DNA of 64,000 bases from Rhodoferax sp. GTDB taxonomy: Bacteria > Pseudomonadota > Gammaproteobacteria > Burkholderiales > Burkholderiaceae_C. The stretch's first letter is position 1, and each line of letters starts with the position of its first letter. This document shows positions 33,801-44,980 of this stretch, piece by piece. Made by a program: the position numbers and the translations under genes. Location: the NCBI RefSeq assembly GCF_018780565.1, contig NZ_JADMJN010000013.1, positions 9,882 to 73,881 of the forward strand. Direction: 5' to 3'. The notes under the pieces were generated by a model, which worked only from the letters and a program-made list of their open reading frames with translations, ran no database searches and had not been told where the DNA came from.

Positions 33801-35009
33801 AACGATCAGCTGCGCATTGTGGAAGCCGATGCGTTTGACCGGATCGAGAAACTATTGCTTGGCAAGGTTGCCAACGGTGGCCCGCAAAAGCTTGCCAAAG
33901 GCACCAAAATCGACAAGGCCTACCTGGCAGCGGTGGAAAAATTCCATTGGTTCGACATTCGTCCTGCTGAAGACGAAGTCGCGACTCAACTGGAGAGCAT
34001 CAAGAATTCGCTGGAGCAGACCCGTCACAGCTTCGATCTCGCTTTTGAAGAAAAGCGCAAGAAGTTGACACAAGGTGACGAGTTGCCGGCTGGCGTGCTG
34101 AAGATGGTCAAGGTTTACCTGGCCGTCAAGCGCCGCCTGCAACCGGGTGACAAAATGGCCGGTCGTCACGGTAACAAGGGTGTGGTCTCCAAGATCGTTC
34201 CGGTTGAAGACATGCCTTATATGGCTGACGGCACACCGTGCGATATCGTGCTTAACCCACTGGGCGTGCCTTCGCGGATGAACGTCGGACAGGTGCTTGA
34301 AGTGCACTTGGGCTGGGCTGCCAAAGGCATTGGCCAGCGGATCGGCGATATGTTGCAGGCCGAATCGAAATTGGCTGACCTGCGCAAATTCCTCGACACG
34401 CTGTACAACGGCTCGGGCCGCAAGGAAGACATGTCCAAGCTGAGCGACGACGAAATCCTTGAGATGGCCGGCAATCTGGCCGCTGGTGCCACGTTTGCGA
34501 CGCCCGTGTTCGATGGCGCTTCGGAAGAAGAGATCCGCGGCATGCTGAAACTGGCGTACCCGGACGATATCGTCAAGGCCAAGGGTCTGACGGCGGCACG
34601 TACACAGGCCAATCTGTTTGACGGTCGCAGCGGTGATCCGTTCGAACGTCCGACAACGGTCGGTTACATGCACGTGCTCAAACTTCACCACTTGGTTGAC
34701 GACAAGATGCATGCCCGTTCCACCGGTCCCTACAGCCTCGTTACCCAGCAACCGCTGGGCGGCAAGGCTCAGTTCGGTGGCCAGCGTTTCGGCGAGATGG
34801 AGGTCTGGGCACTCGAGGCTTATGGCGCTGCCTACACGTTGCAGGAAATGCTCACCGTCAAGTCAGACGACGTGCAAGGCCGCACCAAGGTGTACGAAAG
34901 CATCGTCAAGGGCGAGCACTCGATCGAAGCCGGCATGCCGGAATCGTTCAATGTGCTGGTCAAGGAAATCCGCTCACTCGGTATTGATATCGAGCTGGAA
35001 CGCAGCTAA
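30897..35009 (+). CDS. rpoB: DNA-directed RNA polymerase subunit beta
   Basis: [16 protein letters not shown] at the N-terminus, plus conserved GRHGNKGV and NLFDGRSG motifs. Confidence 0.99.
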   Translation: MAYTYTERKRIRKNFGNRDSVLEIPYLLQMQKDAYTAFLQADVAPKKRTIEGLQAAFDAAFPIVSHNGFVEMKYLEYSLAKPAFDVRECQTRGLTFASAVRAKVQLIIYDRESSTSQNKVVKEVKEQEVYMGEVPLMTGKGSFIINGTERVIVSQLHRSPGVFFEHDKGKTHSSGKLLFSARIIPYRGSWLDFEFDPKDILYFRVDRRRKMPVTILLKAIGLNHESILANFFVNDNFRLMDSGAQMEFVAERLRGEVARFDVTDKSGKVVVAKDKRVTARHTRELEQSGTTHITVPEDFLVGRVVARNIVEADTGEIIAKANEELTEALLKKLRLAGVQDLPCIYTNELDQGAYISQTLRSDETVDEFAARVAIYRMMRPGEPPTEDAVQALFQRLFYNPDTYDLSRVGRMKFNAKMGRAESTGPMVLTNEDILAVVKILVDLRNGRGEVDDIDHLGNRRVRCVGELAENQYRTGLARIEKAVKERLGQAEQDPLMPHDLINSKPISAALKEFFGASQLSQFMDQTNPLSEITHKRRVSALGPGGLTRERAGFEVRDVHVTHYGRVCPIETPEGPNIGLINSLALYARLNEYGFIETPYRRVVDSKVTMDIDYLSAIEEGKYVIAQANAALDKEGKLTGELISAREAGESIMVGAERIQYMDVSPAQIVSVAASLVPFLEHDDANRALMGANMQRQAVPILRPEKAFVGTGIERVSAVDSGTVVTATRGGIVDYVDATRVVIRVNDAEAQAGEVGVDIYNLIKYQRSNQNTNIHQRPIIKRGDKLAKGDVIADGASTDLGELALGQNMLVAFMPWNGYNFEDSILISERVVAEDRYTSIHIEELVVMARDTKLGSEEITRDIPNLSEQQLNRLDESGIIYVGAEVQPGDTLVGKVTPKGETTLTPEEKLLRAIFGEKASDVKDTSLRVDQGSQGTVIDVQVFTREGIVRDRRAQQIIDDELKRFRLDLNDQLRIVEADAFDRIEKLLLGKVANGGPQKLAKGTKIDKAYLAAVEKFHWFDIRPAEDEVATQLESIKNSLEQTRHSFDLAFEEKRKKLTQGDELPAGVLKMVKVYLAVKRRLQPGDKMAGRHGNKGVVSKIVPVEDMPYMADGTPCDIVLNPLGVPSRMNVGQVLEVHLGWAAKGIGQRIGDMLQAESKLADLRKFLDTLYNGSGRKEDMSKLSDDEILEMAGNLAAGATFATPVFDGASEEEIRGMLKLAYPDDIVKAKGLTAARTQANLFDGRSGDPFERPTTVGYMHVLKLHHLVDDKMHARSTGPYSLVTQQPLGGKAQFGGQRFGEMEVWALEAYGAAYTLQEMLTVKSDDVQGRTKVYESIVKGEHSIEAGMPESFNVLVKEIRSLGIDIELERS

Positions 35010-35033
35010 GCACGGACAAGAAAAGGATTTAAC

Positions 35034-38000
35034 ATGAAATCATTACTCGACCTGTTCAAGCAGTTCACACCCGATGAGCATTTCGATGCCATCAAGATCG
35101 GTATGGCTTCTCCCGAGAAGATCCGTTCCTGGTCTTTCGGCGAAGTGAAGAAGCCGGAAACCATCAACTACCGTACTTTCAAGCCAGAGCGCGACGGTCT
35201 GTTTTGCGCCAAGATTTTTGGCCCTATCAAGGACTATGAATGCTTGTGCGGCAAGTACAAGCGTCTCAAGCATCGCGGTGTTATTTGCGAGAAGTGCGGC
35301 GTTGAAGTGACCCAGACCAAAGTGCGTCGTGAGCGCATGGGGCATATCGACCTGGCTGCGCCCTGCGCGCACATCTGGTTCCTGAAGTCGTTGCCGTCAC
35401 GTTTGGGCCTGGTGCTCGACATGACTCTGCGTGACATCGAACGCGTGCTGTACTTTGAAGCCTATGTCGTCACTGATCCTGGCATGACGCCGCTGAAGAA
35501 ATTCAGCATCATGTCGGAAGATGACTTCGATGCCAAGTTCAAGGAATACGGCGATGAGTTCCAGGCCAAGATGGGCGCGGAAGGCATCAAGGATTTGCTG
35601 CAAAGCATTGATATCGACGGATCGATCGAGAAACTCCGCAATGACCCAAGTGGTTCAGAGCTGAAGATCAAGAAGAACACCAAGCGTCTCAAGTTGCTTG
35701 AGGCATTCAAGAAATCCGGCATCAAGCCGGAGTGGATGGTGTTGGAGGTTCTGCCGGTATTGCCACCAGACCTGCGCCCACTGGTGCCGCTGGATGGCGG
35801 TCGTTTTGCCACCTCGGACCTGAACGATCTGTACCGTCGTGTGATCAACCGCAACAGCCGCCTGCGCCGTTTGCTGGAGTTGAAGGCGCCTGAAATCATT
35901 GCGCGCAATGAAAAGCGCATGCTGCAAGAAGCCGTGGACAGCTTGCTGGACAATGGTCGTCGCGGCAAAGCCATGACCGGCGCCAACAAGCGCGCGCTCA
36001 AGTCATTGGCCGACATGATCAAGGGTAAGAGTGGTCGTTTCCGCCAGAACTTGTTGGGCAAGCGCGTAGATTATTCTGGTCGCTCCGTGATTGTGGTGGG
36101 CCCAACGCTCAAGCTGCATCAGTGCGGTTTGCCCAAGCTGATGGCGCTTGAGTTGTTCAAGCCCTTCATCTTCGCGCGCCTCGAAGCCATGGGCATTGCC
36201 ACCACCATCAAAGCCGCCAAGAAGGAAGTTGAATCCGGTACCCCGGTGGTGTGGGACATTCTTGAGGAGGTGATCAAAGAGCACCCCGTGATGCTGAACC
36301 GTGCGCCTACGCTGCACCGCCTGGGCATCCAGGCGTTCGAGCCCATCCTCATTGAAGGTAAAGCCATTCAGCTTCACCCGCTGGTTTGCGCTGCGTTCAA
36401 CGCCGACTTTGACGGTGACCAGATGGCGGTTCACGTGCCTTTGTCTGTCGAAGCGCAGGTGGAATGCCGCACACTGATGCTGGCGTCCAACAATGTGCTG
36501 TTCCCATCCAATGGCGAGCCTTCTATCGTGCCGTCGCAAGACGTGGTGCTGGGCTTGTACTACACAACCCGCGATCGCATCAACGGCAAGGGTGAAGGAC
36601 TGATTTTCTCCGACATCGGTGAAGTGCAGCGTGCGTTCGATGCGGGCGAGGTCGAGCTGACCGCGCGCATCAATGTGCGTCTGACGGAGTACACGAAAAA
36701 CAAGGAGACCGGTGAATTGGTCCCTTCGACCAAGCTGTGGGAAACCACCGCAGGTCGTGCCCTGCTGTCAGAAATTTTGCCCAAGGGATTGCCCTTCTCG
36801 AACATCAACAAGGCGCTGAAGAAGAAGGAAATCTCCAAGCTCATCAACGTCTCGTTCCGCAAATGCGGTCTGAAAGAGACCGTGGTGTTTGCCGACAAAC
36901 TCTTGCAGTATGGTTTCCGTCTGGCCACCAAGGCCGGTATCTCGATCTGTATCGACGACATGCTGGTGCCGACAGAAAAAGTCGGCATCATTGAGCGCGC
37001 CGAAAAAGAGGTCAAGGAAATTGCACAGCAGTACACCTCGGGTCTGGTGACTTCTGGCGAGCGCTACAACAAGGTGGTTGATATCTGGGGCAAGGCTGGC
37101 GACGAGGTCTCCAAGGTCATGATGGCCCAGCTGTCCAAAGAAACGGTCACTGATCGCCATGGCAAGCAGGTTCAGCAAGAGTCGTTCAATTCCATCTACA
37201 TGATGGCCGACTCCGGCGCCCGTGGTTCTGCAGCGCAGATTCGCCAGGTGGCTGGTATGCGGGGTCTGATGGCCAAGCCCGATGGCTCCATCATTGAGAC
37301 GCCTATCACGGCGAACTTCCGTGAAGGTCTGAACGTGTTGGAGTACTTCATTTCCACCCACGGTGCTCGTAAGGGTCTCGCGGATACGGCTTTGAAGACC
37401 GCCAACTCGGGTTACCTGACACGACGCCTGGTTGATGTGACGCAGGATCTGGTTGTCACCGAGCAGGACTGCGGTACGCACGGTGGCTACCTGATGCGCG
37501 CTATTGTTGAGGGCGGTGAGGTCATTGAATCCTTGCGTGACCGTATCCTGGGCCGCACCGCAGCGGACGACATTTTGCAGCCGGAAAATCGTTCTGTGCT
37601 GGCGAAGGCCGGCGAGTTGCTCGACGAAGACCTGATTGACGAACTCGAAGCCGCTGGCGTCGATGAAGTCAAGGTCCGTACTGCACTGACTTGCGAAACA
37701 CGCTTCGGTATTTGCGCCAAGTGCTACGGCCGCGATCTGGGCCGCGGTGGTCTGGTGAACGGTGGTGAGGCTGTGGGTGTGATTGCTGCGCAGTCCATCG
37801 GTGAACCCGGCACGCAGCTGACCATGCGCACCTTCCACATCGGTGGTGCCGCATCGCGTGCCGCCATCGCCTCCAGCGTGGAAGCCAAGTCCAACGGTAA
37901 CATCGGCTTCAACGCCACCATGCGTTATGTGACCAATGGCAAGAAGGAACTGGTGGTGATTTCCCGCTCCGGTGAAATCGTCATTCATGACGAGCATGGC

Positions 38001-39251
38001 CGTGAGCGCGAACGCCACAAGGTGCCTTACGGTGCCGTATTGGCAGTGAAGGCGGATCAGACCATCAAGTCGGGTGCCATCCTTGCCAACTGGGATCCGT
38101 TGACACGCCCCATCATTACCGAGTTTGCCGGTAAGGCCCACTTCGAAAATGTCGAAGAAGGTTTGACCGTGGCCAAGCAGGTGGACGAGGTGACGGGTCT
38201 GTCGACACTGGTCGTGATCGATCCGAAGCGCCGTGGTTCTGCCAAGGTCATTCGTCCTCAGGTCAAACTGATCGATGCTTCCGGCAACGAAGTGAAGATC
38301 CCTGGCACTGACCACTCGGTGACCATCGGCTTCCCGGTGGGTGCATTGGTTCAGGTGCGCGACGGACAGGATGTGGGCCCAGGCGAGGTGCTGGCCCGTA
38401 TCCCCATCGAAGGTCAGAAGACCCGCGACATTACCGGCGGTTTGCCACGTGTTGCCGAGTTGTTCGAAGCCCGTTCACCCAAGGACAAGGGTGTGCTGGC
38501 CGAGATGACCGGTACCGTGTCGTTCGGCAAGGAAACCAAAGGCAAGATTCGTCTGCAAATCACGGATCCCGAAGGCGCCGTCTGGGAAGAGCTCGTGCCC
38601 AAGGAAAAGAACATCCTGGTGCACGAAGGCCAGGTCGTCAACAAGGGCGAGAGCGTGGTGGACGGCCCAGCCGATCCGCAGGACATCCTGCGTTTGCTCG
38701 GCTCGGAAGAGTTGGCTCGTTACATCGTTGACGAAGTGCAGGACGTGTACCGCTTGCAAGGCGTGAAGATCAACGACAAGCACATCGAAGTGATTGTTCG
38801 TCAGATGCTGCGCCGCGTGGTGGTGGAAAGCGCTGGCGATTCCCGTTACATCAATGGGGAACAAGTCGAGCGTTCAGAGATGCTCAACACCAACGACGCA
38901 TTGCGTGCCGAAGGCAAGATTGCAGCGACTTACACCAATTTGTTGCTCGGTATCACCAAGGCTTCCTTGTCGACAGACAGCTTCATCAGCGCGGCCTCCT
39001 TCCAGGAGACTACCCGTGTTCTGACCGAGGCTGCCATCATGGGCAAGCGCGACGAATTGCGTGGTTTGAAGGAAAACGTGATTGTGGGCCGATTGATTCC
39101 TGCCGGTACCGGTCTGGCGTATCACGAAGCTCGCAAGGTCCGCGAGAACATGGACGATGCAGAGCGCCGGGCCATTGCCGAAGCCGAGGCCGTCGAATTG
39201 GCGGGTGACGCTGATGCCAGCCAGGCGAGCGAAGGAGCAGCAACCGAGTAA
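35034..39251 (+). CDS. rpoC: DNA-directed RNA polymerase subunit beta'
   Basis: [10 protein letters not shown] at the N-terminus, zinc motif [23 protein letters not shown], and catalytic [12 protein letters not shown]. Confidence 0.99.
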   Translation: MKSLLDLFKQFTPDEHFDAIKIGMASPEKIRSWSFGEVKKPETINYRTFKPERDGLFCAKIFGPIKDYECLCGKYKRLKHRGVICEKCGVEVTQTKVRRERMGHIDLAAPCAHIWFLKSLPSRLGLVLDMTLRDIERVLYFEAYVVTDPGMTPLKKFSIMSEDDFDAKFKEYGDEFQAKMGAEGIKDLLQSIDIDGSIEKLRNDPSGSELKIKKNTKRLKLLEAFKKSGIKPEWMVLEVLPVLPPDLRPLVPLDGGRFATSDLNDLYRRVINRNSRLRRLLELKAPEIIARNEKRMLQEAVDSLLDNGRRGKAMTGANKRALKSLADMIKGKSGRFRQNLLGKRVDYSGRSVIVVGPTLKLHQCGLPKLMALELFKPFIFARLEAMGIATTIKAAKKEVESGTPVVWDILEEVIKEHPVMLNRAPTLHRLGIQAFEPILIEGKAIQLHPLVCAAFNADFDGDQMAVHVPLSVEAQVECRTLMLASNNVLFPSNGEPSIVPSQDVVLGLYYTTRDRINGKGEGLIFSDIGEVQRAFDAGEVELTARINVRLTEYTKNKETGELVPSTKLWETTAGRALLSEILPKGLPFSNINKALKKKEISKLINVSFRKCGLKETVVFADKLLQYGFRLATKAGISICIDDMLVPTEKVGIIERAEKEVKEIAQQYTSGLVTSGERYNKVVDIWGKAGDEVSKVMMAQLSKETVTDRHGKQVQQESFNSIYMMADSGARGSAAQIRQVAGMRGLMAKPDGSIIETPITANFREGLNVLEYFISTHGARKGLADTALKTANSGYLTRRLVDVTQDLVVTEQDCGTHGGYLMRAIVEGGEVIESLRDRILGRTAADDILQPENRSVLAKAGELLDEDLIDELEAAGVDEVKVRTALTCETRFGICAKCYGRDLGRGGLVNGGEAVGVIAAQSIGEPGTQLTMRTFHIGGAASRAAIASSVEAKSNGNIGFNATMRYVTNGKKELVVISRSGEIVIHDEHGRERERHKVPYGAVLAVKADQTIKSGAILANWDPLTRPIITEFAGKAHFENVEEGLTVAKQVDEVTGLSTLVVIDPKRRGSAKVIRPQVKLIDASGNEVKIPGTDHSVTIGFPVGALVQVRDGQDVGPGEVLARIPIEGQKTRDITGGLPRVAELFEARSPKDKGVLAEMTGTVSFGKETKGKIRLQITDPEGAVWEELVPKEKNILVHEGQVVNKGESVVDGPADPQDILRLLGSEELARYIVDEVQDVYRLQGVKINDKHIEVIVRQMLRRVVVESAGDSRYINGEQVERSEMLNTNDALRAEGKIAATYTNLLLGITKASLSTDSFISAASFQETTRVLTEAAIMGKRDELRGLKENVIVGRLIPAGTGLAYHEARKVRENMDDAERRAIAEAEAVELAGDADASQASEGAATE

Positions 39252-39277
39252 TACTCGGCTTGCTATCTAATGAATAG

Positions 39278-39315
39278 CGCCCCAAAGCCTTTGCAAGAGG
39301 GCTTGGGGCGTTTTT
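39278..39315 (+). terminator. rho-independent terminator after rpoC
   Basis: CGCCCCAAAGCC pairs with GGCTTGGGGCG (one bulged A) and is followed by TTTTT. Confidence 0.85.
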
Positions 39316-39366
39316 CATTGTGAATATGGATAACTTCTGTTCATCTGATCCTGGAGAATTCTGGCA

Positions 39367-39927
39367 ATGAGTGACTCCCTCATCGTTTGGTTTGCCATCG
39401 CACTGGCGCTGTTCTGGTCAGTGGGTGCCTACAACCGCCTCATGCGCCTTCGCTCCCAGAGCATTCTTGCGTTTGCGACCCTGGAGAATTTTTTCAACCA
39501 GTACGTCTCGTTGGTCAAGACCCATTTTGAGCAGGCCGATGCCGTTCATTTCGTGCCCGACCCCGACCGCGGAGATGATGAATTTGTGACGGCGTGGGCC
39601 GGACTTGCCGCTGCGGCTGAGCAATTCAATGCTTCTTTGAAAGTGGCCCACGTCCAGCCTTTGAATGGACCGACCATGAGTGCCCTGAAGACCGCGTATG
39701 AAACTCTGCATTTGTCATGGGTACGCCTTCGCGATCTGCCGCACGATCTTGCAGGCTCCGCGCTGCCGGTAGCGCTGCAATCGGAATGGGAGCATGTGGC
39801 GATGCAGGAAAAAGCAGCCCGTGCGGAATTCAACCGCCTGGTGGCGAGCTACAACGAAGGGATTGAACAGTTTCCGGCCATGTGGCTGGCGTGGGTCTTT
39901 GGATTCAAGCCGGCGCTGCCACTGTAG
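39367..39927 (+). CDS. lemA: LemA family protein
   Basis: An N-terminal TM helix is followed by GAYNRLMRLR, and the C-terminus carries YNEGIEQFPAMWLAWVFGFKP. Both patterns are LemA-like. Confidence 0.6.
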   Translation: MSDSLIVWFAIALALFWSVGAYNRLMRLRSQSILAFATLENFFNQYVSLVKTHFEQADAVHFVPDPDRGDDEFVTAWAGLAAAAEQFNASLKVAHVQPLNGPTMSALKTAYETLHLSWVRLRDLPHDLAGSALPVALQSEWEHVAMQEKAARAEFNRLVASYNEGIEQFPAMWLAWVFGFKPALPL

Positions 39928-39929
39928 AG

Positions 39930-41261
39930 ATGACGATGAATACCCACGAACCGCAAATTCCCTTGTGGCGACAGCTTCAGGCCGTCGCCGCCGTATTGAT
40001 GGCCATCCGTTCGGGCGTATCGGGTACGGCCGCCCTGGCCAATGTGTCCGCTGATCTGCGACCCGGCGTTCAGGCGCTGGTCTTTCATGTTCTGCGTTCC
40101 TTGGGACGGGCCGAGGCCTTGCGCCAACTGCTTGCCGGTCGCGTTCCGCCGCCGCCCGCTGACGCCCTGTTGTGCGTCGCACTGGCGCTGGCGTGGCATG
40201 AGCAAGACGCACCTTATGAAGTGTTCACCCTCGTCAATCAGACCGTGGAGGCAGCCAAGAGAGGTTCTGCAACCAAGGCCCAGGCCAGCTTCATCAACGC
40301 GTGCTTGCGCCGCTTCCTGCGCGAGCGGGACGCGCTGGTTGCTTCGACTGACCCCAAGCCGGTTGCATTCTGGAATCATCCGAAGTGGTGGATTGACAGA
40401 CTGCAGCGAGATTGGCCGCAACAGTGGCAGGCCATTCTGGCCGCCAACAACCGCCATGCTCCGATGACCTTGCGGGTGAACGCGCGGCGTTCCGGCGTAT
40501 TGCCGTATCTGGGCCTTCTCCGGGAGGCGGGGCTCATGGCCGTTGCCGCGGGCGAGTGGGGCCTTACTTTGGCAAAGCCCCAGCCTGTGCAAGCCCTACC
40601 TGGTTTTGATGATGGTGTGGTCTCGGTGCAGGATGCCGCCGCGCAACTTGCCGCTCCGTTGTTGCTGTCGGGTTTACCGTCGGATGAGCCGCTGCGTGTG
40701 CTGGACGCCTGTGCCGCGCCAGGCGGCAAGACAGCGCATTTGCTGGAGTTGGCAAACTGCGAGGTCACTGCGCTGGACGTGGACCCATTGCGCTGCGAAC
40801 GTATTCTCCAAACCCTCGCTCGGCTGGACCTGCAGGCCCGGGTGCTGACGGCTGATGCGGCCGACGTGTCCGTCTGGTGGGATGGGCGGCTTTTTGACGC
40901 TGTCTTGCTGGATGCGCCGTGTTCTGCATCGGGTATTGTGCGGCGCCATCCGGATGTGCGTTGGCTGCGCAGGGAAACCGATATCGCCCAGTTGGCACGG
41001 ATTCAGGCGAAACTGCTCAAGGCCTTGTGGCCCGTGCTCCGCTCGGGTGGGCGGCTGTTGTATTGCACGTGCTCGGTTTTCAAGGCGGAGGGGGCAGATC
41101 AGATACAAACGTTTCTTGCGCACAACAAAGATGCCGTATTACTGCCTTCACCCGGCCATTTATTGCCCATTGGCGAGGCAAATGATGGCTGTGTCCCGGA
41201 CAATTCAGTCGGTGACCATGACGGCTTTTATTACGCATTGCTTGAGAAACGCGCGGCTTGA
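39930..41261 (+). CDS. rsmB: 16S rRNA (cytosine967-C5)-methyltransferase
   Basis: SAM motif VLDACAAPGGKT, catalytic DAPCSASGIVRRHPD and LLYCTCSV. The tracked ORF start at 39882 overlaps lemA; the ATG at 39930 is preferred. Confidence 0.9.
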   Translation: MTMNTHEPQIPLWRQLQAVAAVLMAIRSGVSGTAALANVSADLRPGVQALVFHVLRSLGRAEALRQLLAGRVPPPPADALLCVALALAWHEQDAPYEVFTLVNQTVEAAKRGSATKAQASFINACLRRFLRERDALVASTDPKPVAFWNHPKWWIDRLQRDWPQQWQAILAANNRHAPMTLRVNARRSGVLPYLGLLREAGLMAVAAGEWGLTLAKPQPVQALPGFDDGVVSVQDAAAQLAAPLLLSGLPSDEPLRVLDACAAPGGKTAHLLELANCEVTALDVDPLRCERILQTLARLDLQARVLTADAADVSVWWDGRLFDAVLLDAPCSASGIVRRHPDVRWLRRETDIAQLARIQAKLLKALWPVLRSGGRLLYCTCSVFKAEGADQIQTFLAHNKDAVLLPSPGHLLPIGEANDGCVPDNSVGDHDGFYYALLEKRAA

Positions 41262-41853
41262 CCTGATCGGGCTGTTGGCCTGCGCCTGCTGGCTGGGGGT
41301 GCACCCCGAACTCGCGCATGCCGAAGCGTCCGTGACGGAGGTCTCCCAAGCGCAACTTGAGCGCACGGGCGACGCCATACTGTTGTCAGCAACCGTCAAA
41401 TTTGAACTGTCGGCTGTGGTTGAGGATGCTCTGCTCAAGGGCATTCCCATGATTTTCGTGGCCGAAGCGGACGTGTTTCGCGAACGCTGGTACTGGACCA
41501 ACAAGAAGGTGCTCAGCGCTGAGCGCCATATGCGGTTGGCCTACCAGCCGCTGACCCGTCGCTGGCGGCTCAATGTCGCGTCGGGGCTGATTACCAATGC
41601 CGCCATGGGTGTGGCCCTGAATCAGAATTTCGAGAACCTGTCGGATGCCTTGGCGGCCCTGAGGCGCATTTCGCGCTGGAAAATCGCTGATGCGTCGGAC
41701 ATCGAACCTGGACAACGTCACTTCGTTGAGTTTCGTTTCCGTCTTGACGTGGCGCAACTGCCGCGTCCCTTGCAGATTGGCACGCTGGGCCAGACTGACT
41801 GGAACATCGTGGCCTCCTCCAGCCAGCCTCTGTTGCTGGAGAGTGGCAAGTGA
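41218..41853 (+). CDS. DUF4390-like periplasmic protein (start uncertain: 41182 or 41218)
   Basis: The tracked ORF (from 40855) lies mostly inside rsmB in another frame. The realistic start gives a signal-like segment LIGLLACACWLGVHPELAHA. The rsmB-DUF4390-kinase-regulator order is conserved in Burkholderiales. Confidence 0.6.
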   Translation: MTAFITHCLRNARLDLIGLLACACWLGVHPELAHAEASVTEVSQAQLERTGDAILLSATVKFELSAVVEDALLKGIPMIFVAEADVFRERWYWTNKKVLSAERHMRLAYQPLTRRWRLNVASGLITNAAMGVALNQNFENLSDALAALRRISRWKIADASDIEPGQRHFVEFRFRLDVAQLPRPLQIGTLGQTDWNIVASSSQPLLLESGK

Positions 41854-44141
41854 GTCTGGCGAAGGCCGCCGCTGAAGCGGCAATCCGTGGCGCTTCCAGC
41901 AACTCCCGTGCCCTGCGCTGGACGGTAGGTGCCGGGCTTGCTGCCATGGTGGCTGTCGGGCTGGTGTTGCTGTTCCTGCTGACGCAAGCCACCACCAACC
42001 GCGAGATGTATGAGCGTAACTACGCCCGCCTATTCGTGGTCAACGTCGTGGTGGCCGGTCTGCTGATGATTGTGATTGGCTGGATTGCCTATCGACTGAT
42101 GATGCGGCTGCGGCAGGGTAAATTTGGCAGTCGCCTGTTGGTCAAGCTGGCCGCGATTTTTGCGCTGGCAGGCTTTGCTCCGGGGGTTTTGATCTATGTG
42201 GTGTCCTACCAGTTCGTCTCGCGCTCTATCGAAAGCTGGTTTGACGTCAAGGTGGAAGGGGCTTTGGAGGCCGGCCTCAATCTGGGGCGCGTCACGCTGG
42301 AGACCCTGTCGAAGGATCTGGCCAGCAATGCGCGTGCTGCGGCCTCGCAGTTGGCTGATGCGCAGGATGTCAGTGCCGCAGTGCCGCTGGAGCGGGTCCG
42401 TGAACAATTGGGTGCCACCGACCTGTTGTTGTGGAGTGCTTCTGGGCAACTGATCGCCGCGACAGGTCAATCCCGGTATCAACTCAATCCGGAGCGGCCA
42501 AGCCAGCAGCAGTTTCGCAGTGCGCGGTCGCAACGCTACGTCACCTGGATCGAAGGGCTTGATGATGCCGTGCCTGGCGTGGCCACGACTGCGCGAATCA
42601 AAGCGCTCGTCCTGGTGTCCAGCAACAGTCTGGGCTTACTCGGTGAGTCGCGTTTTTTGCTGGTGACGCAGGCATTGCCGCCCACGCTGGTGGCCAATGC
42701 CCTGGCCGTGACAGAGGCCAATCGCGAGTACCAGGAGCGGGCCCTGGCGCGTCAGGGCCTTCGCCGCATGTATATCGGTACCCTGACGCTTTGCCTGTTC
42801 CTGGCGGTGTTTGGCGCTGTGCTGCTGGCGGTGATACTGGGCAACCAGATTGTGCGTCCGCTGTTGCTGCTGGCCGATGGTGTGAGTCAGGTCGCCGCAG
42901 GTGATCTGACGCCCAAAGCATCTCTGCAGGGTAAGGACGAACTGGGCGGTTTGACCCGGTCGTTTGCCCAGATGACGCAGCAACTGGCCGATGCGCGTCA
43001 TGCCGTGCAGACCAGCATGGAGCAAGTCAATGCGGCGCGTGCCAATTTGCAGACCATCCTTGATAACCTTACGGCTGGCGTCATGGTGCTGGATGCACAG
43101 GGCGTCATTCTGTCGTCCAATCCAGGTGCTACCCGCATTCTTCGTGTGCCCCTGGCGGCCCACGAAGGCCATCGCCTCGCCGAGATTGAAGGTTTGCAGA
43201 CATTTGGCGAAAACGTCCAGAAACAATTCGATTCATTTTTTACTGCACGCGACGAACACGGCCTGGAGCATTGGCAACAATCCTTCGAGCTTGGCAATGC
43301 TGCTTCAGGGCTGGCGGGCAGGCAGGCAGAGAATGTGGTGAGTCTGGTGGCGCGTGGGGCGGAACTGCCGGGTGCGGCGCGACTTCTGGTGTTTGATGAC
43401 ATCTCTGAAATCGTCTCCGCACAGCGCTCACAGGCCTGGGGTGAGGTTGCCCGACGGCTGGCGCATGAGATCAAGAATCCTTTGACGCCCATCCAGCTGT
43501 CAGCCGAACGGCTGGAGATGAAGCTCACAGGCAAGGTGGCACCACCCGAGCAGGCCATCCTGACCAAATCGGTCAAGACGATTGTGGACCAGGTGGACGC
43601 CATGAAGCGTCTTGTCAATGAATTCCGGGATTACGCCCGACTGCCGGCGGCCGAGCTGAAGCCGGTTGATTTGAATGCACTGGTTGTGGAAGTTATGCAG
43701 CTGTATGCGAGCGAAACTGCCGACGTACCCGTGCAGATGGAGTTGGACCCGCGCTGCCCCAATGTCATGGGAGATGCCCAGCAGTTGCGCCAGGTCATGC
43801 ACAACCTGCTCCAGAATGCGCAGGATGCAACGGAGGCCGCATGCGCCAGTGATGATGAGCGAGGGGTAACGATCAAGACCCAGTGGCAGGAGGCCTCCCG
43901 GCGAGTTCGCCTGAGTGTGCTGGATTGCGGTGCTGGCTTCCCCGAACACATACTCAAACGAGCGTTTGAACCTTATGTCACAACCAAAGTGAAGGGTACA
44001 GGGCTTGGATTGGCCGTTGTCAAAAAGATTGCCGACGAGCATGGTTCCCGGGTTGATATTGCCAACCGTCTGGCAGACGGCAAAGTGGTCGGTGCGCAAG
44101 TGTCGTTATCATTCGCCATTGAGAACGTTGTGCCGGTTTAG
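41850..44141 (+). CDS. NtrY-like sensor histidine kinase (TM, HAMP, PAS, HisKA, HATPase)
   Basis: H-box LAHEIKNPLTPIQLSAERL, N-box HNLLQNAQDA, G-boxes DCGAGF and GTGLGLAVVKKI. N-terminal TM segments are present. GTGA overlap with the upstream gene. Confidence 0.9.
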   Translation: MSLAKAAAEAAIRGASSNSRALRWTVGAGLAAMVAVGLVLLFLLTQATTNREMYERNYARLFVVNVVVAGLLMIVIGWIAYRLMMRLRQGKFGSRLLVKLAAIFALAGFAPGVLIYVVSYQFVSRSIESWFDVKVEGALEAGLNLGRVTLETLSKDLASNARAAASQLADAQDVSAAVPLERVREQLGATDLLLWSASGQLIAATGQSRYQLNPERPSQQQFRSARSQRYVTWIEGLDDAVPGVATTARIKALVLVSSNSLGLLGESRFLLVTQALPPTLVANALAVTEANREYQERALARQGLRRMYIGTLTLCLFLAVFGAVLLAVILGNQIVRPLLLLADGVSQVAAGDLTPKASLQGKDELGGLTRSFAQMTQQLADARHAVQTSMEQVNAARANLQTILDNLTAGVMVLDAQGVILSSNPGATRILRVPLAAHEGHRLAEIEGLQTFGENVQKQFDSFFTARDEHGLEHWQQSFELGNAASGLAGRQAENVVSLVARGAELPGAARLLVFDDISEIVSAQRSQAWGEVARRLAHEIKNPLTPIQLSAERLEMKLTGKVAPPEQAILTKSVKTIVDQVDAMKRLVNEFRDYARLPAAELKPVDLNALVVEVMQLYASETADVPVQMELDPRCPNVMGDAQQLRQVMHNLLQNAQDATEAACASDDERGVTIKTQWQEASRRVRLSVLDCGAGFPEHILKRAFEPYVTTKVKGTGLGLAVVKKIADEHGSRVDIANRLADGKVVGAQVSLSFAIENVVPV

Positions 44142-44178
44142 CCGGGCAACACAGCATACCCGAGGGACGAGACAAATC

Positions 44179-44856
44179 ATGGCAAACATTTTGGTGGTCG
44201 ACGACGAGCTGGGCATCCGCGACCTGTTGTGGGAAATTTTGAATGACGAAGGCCACAACGTTGAAGTAGCTGAAAACGCCGCGCAAGCCCGCGCCGCCCG
44301 TCTGCGTGATCGCCCGGACCTGGTTTTGCTGGATATCTGGATGCCGGATACCGATGGGGTGACACTTCTCAAGGAATGGTCGACCACCGGCGCATTGACC
44401 ATGCCCGTCATCATGATGAGCGGGCACGCCACCATTGACACAGCCGTCGAAGCCACAAAAATTGGAGCGCTGGCGTTTCTTGAAAAGCCGATTACGCTGC
44501 AAAAGTTGCTCAAAGCCGTCGAGCAGGCCTTGGCACGGGGCACCCAACGCAAGGCTGTGGCACCCTTGATGGCGTCGATTGCCGCGACAGAGGTGGATAT
44601 AGCTGTCACCGTGGCCCCGTCGGGTGCGGTCGTGGTCGAGACGGGTCCTTTGTCCCAGCAAAGCTTCATGCTGGACAAGCCTTTGCGCGAGTCCCGGGAC
44701 GAGTTTGAAAAGGCGTATTTTGAATACCACCTGGCCAAAGAAAACGGCTCCATGACCCGCGTGGCAGAGAAGACGGGGCTTGAGCGCACGCACCTCTACC
44801 GCAAGTTGAAACAACTGGGGGTTGACTTGACAAGAGGCAAACGCGGCTTGACCTGA
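44179..44856 (+). CDS. response regulator: receiver domain plus Fis-type HTH, no sigma54 AAA+ module
   Basis: Starts MANILVVDDELGIRDLL...LDIWMPDTDG and ends in a C-terminal HTH, MTRVAEKTGLERTHLYRKLKQLGV. The tracked ORF start at 44005 overlaps the kinase gene. Confidence 0.9.
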   Translation: MANILVVDDELGIRDLLWEILNDEGHNVEVAENAAQARAARLRDRPDLVLLDIWMPDTDGVTLLKEWSTTGALTMPVIMMSGHATIDTAVEATKIGALAFLEKPITLQKLLKAVEQALARGTQRKAVAPLMASIAATEVDIAVTVAPSGAVVVETGPLSQQSFMLDKPLRESRDEFEKAYFEYHLAKENGSMTRVAEKTGLERTHLYRKLKQLGVDLTRGKRGLT

Positions 44857-44865
44857 CAGTGCGTT

Positions 44866-44894
44866 TTCGAAAGCCCAAGAGATGCTGCTATAAT
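44866..44894 (+). promoter_or_regulatory. candidate sigma70 promoter for tRNA-Phe
   Basis: A perfect TATAAT at 44889-44894 ends 10 nt upstream of the tRNA 5' end. A weak -35 TTCGAA lies at 44866-44871, giving a 17-nt spacer. Confidence 0.5.
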
Positions 44895-44904
44895 TTGCGG
44901 CTCA

Positions 44905-44980
44905 GGCCCGGTAGCTCAGTCGGTAGAGCAGAGGATTGAAAATCCTTGTGTCGGTGGTTCGATTCCGCCCCAGGCCACCA
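44905..44980 (+). tRNA. tRNA-Phe (GAA)
   Basis: Cloverleaf GGCCCGG-TA-GCTC..GAGC-A-GAGGA-TTGAAAA-TCCTT-GTGTC-GGTGG-TTCGATT-CCGCC-CCAGGCC-A-CCA. The anticodon is GAA. There is one C5:A68 acceptor mismatch (see findings). Confidence 0.9.

Noticed and set aside
40855-41217. N-terminal 121 codons of the tracked 332-aa ORF (DUF4390-like gene).
   Set aside because: This stretch lies inside rsmB in a different frame and is Cys/Arg-rich nonsense. A realistic start at 41182 or 41218 gives a signal peptide.
44005-44178. N-terminal extension of the response-regulator ORF.
   Set aside because: It overlaps the histidine-kinase 3' end. The canonical receiver start MANILVVDD at 44179 is preceded by a stop-free but non-homologous stretch.
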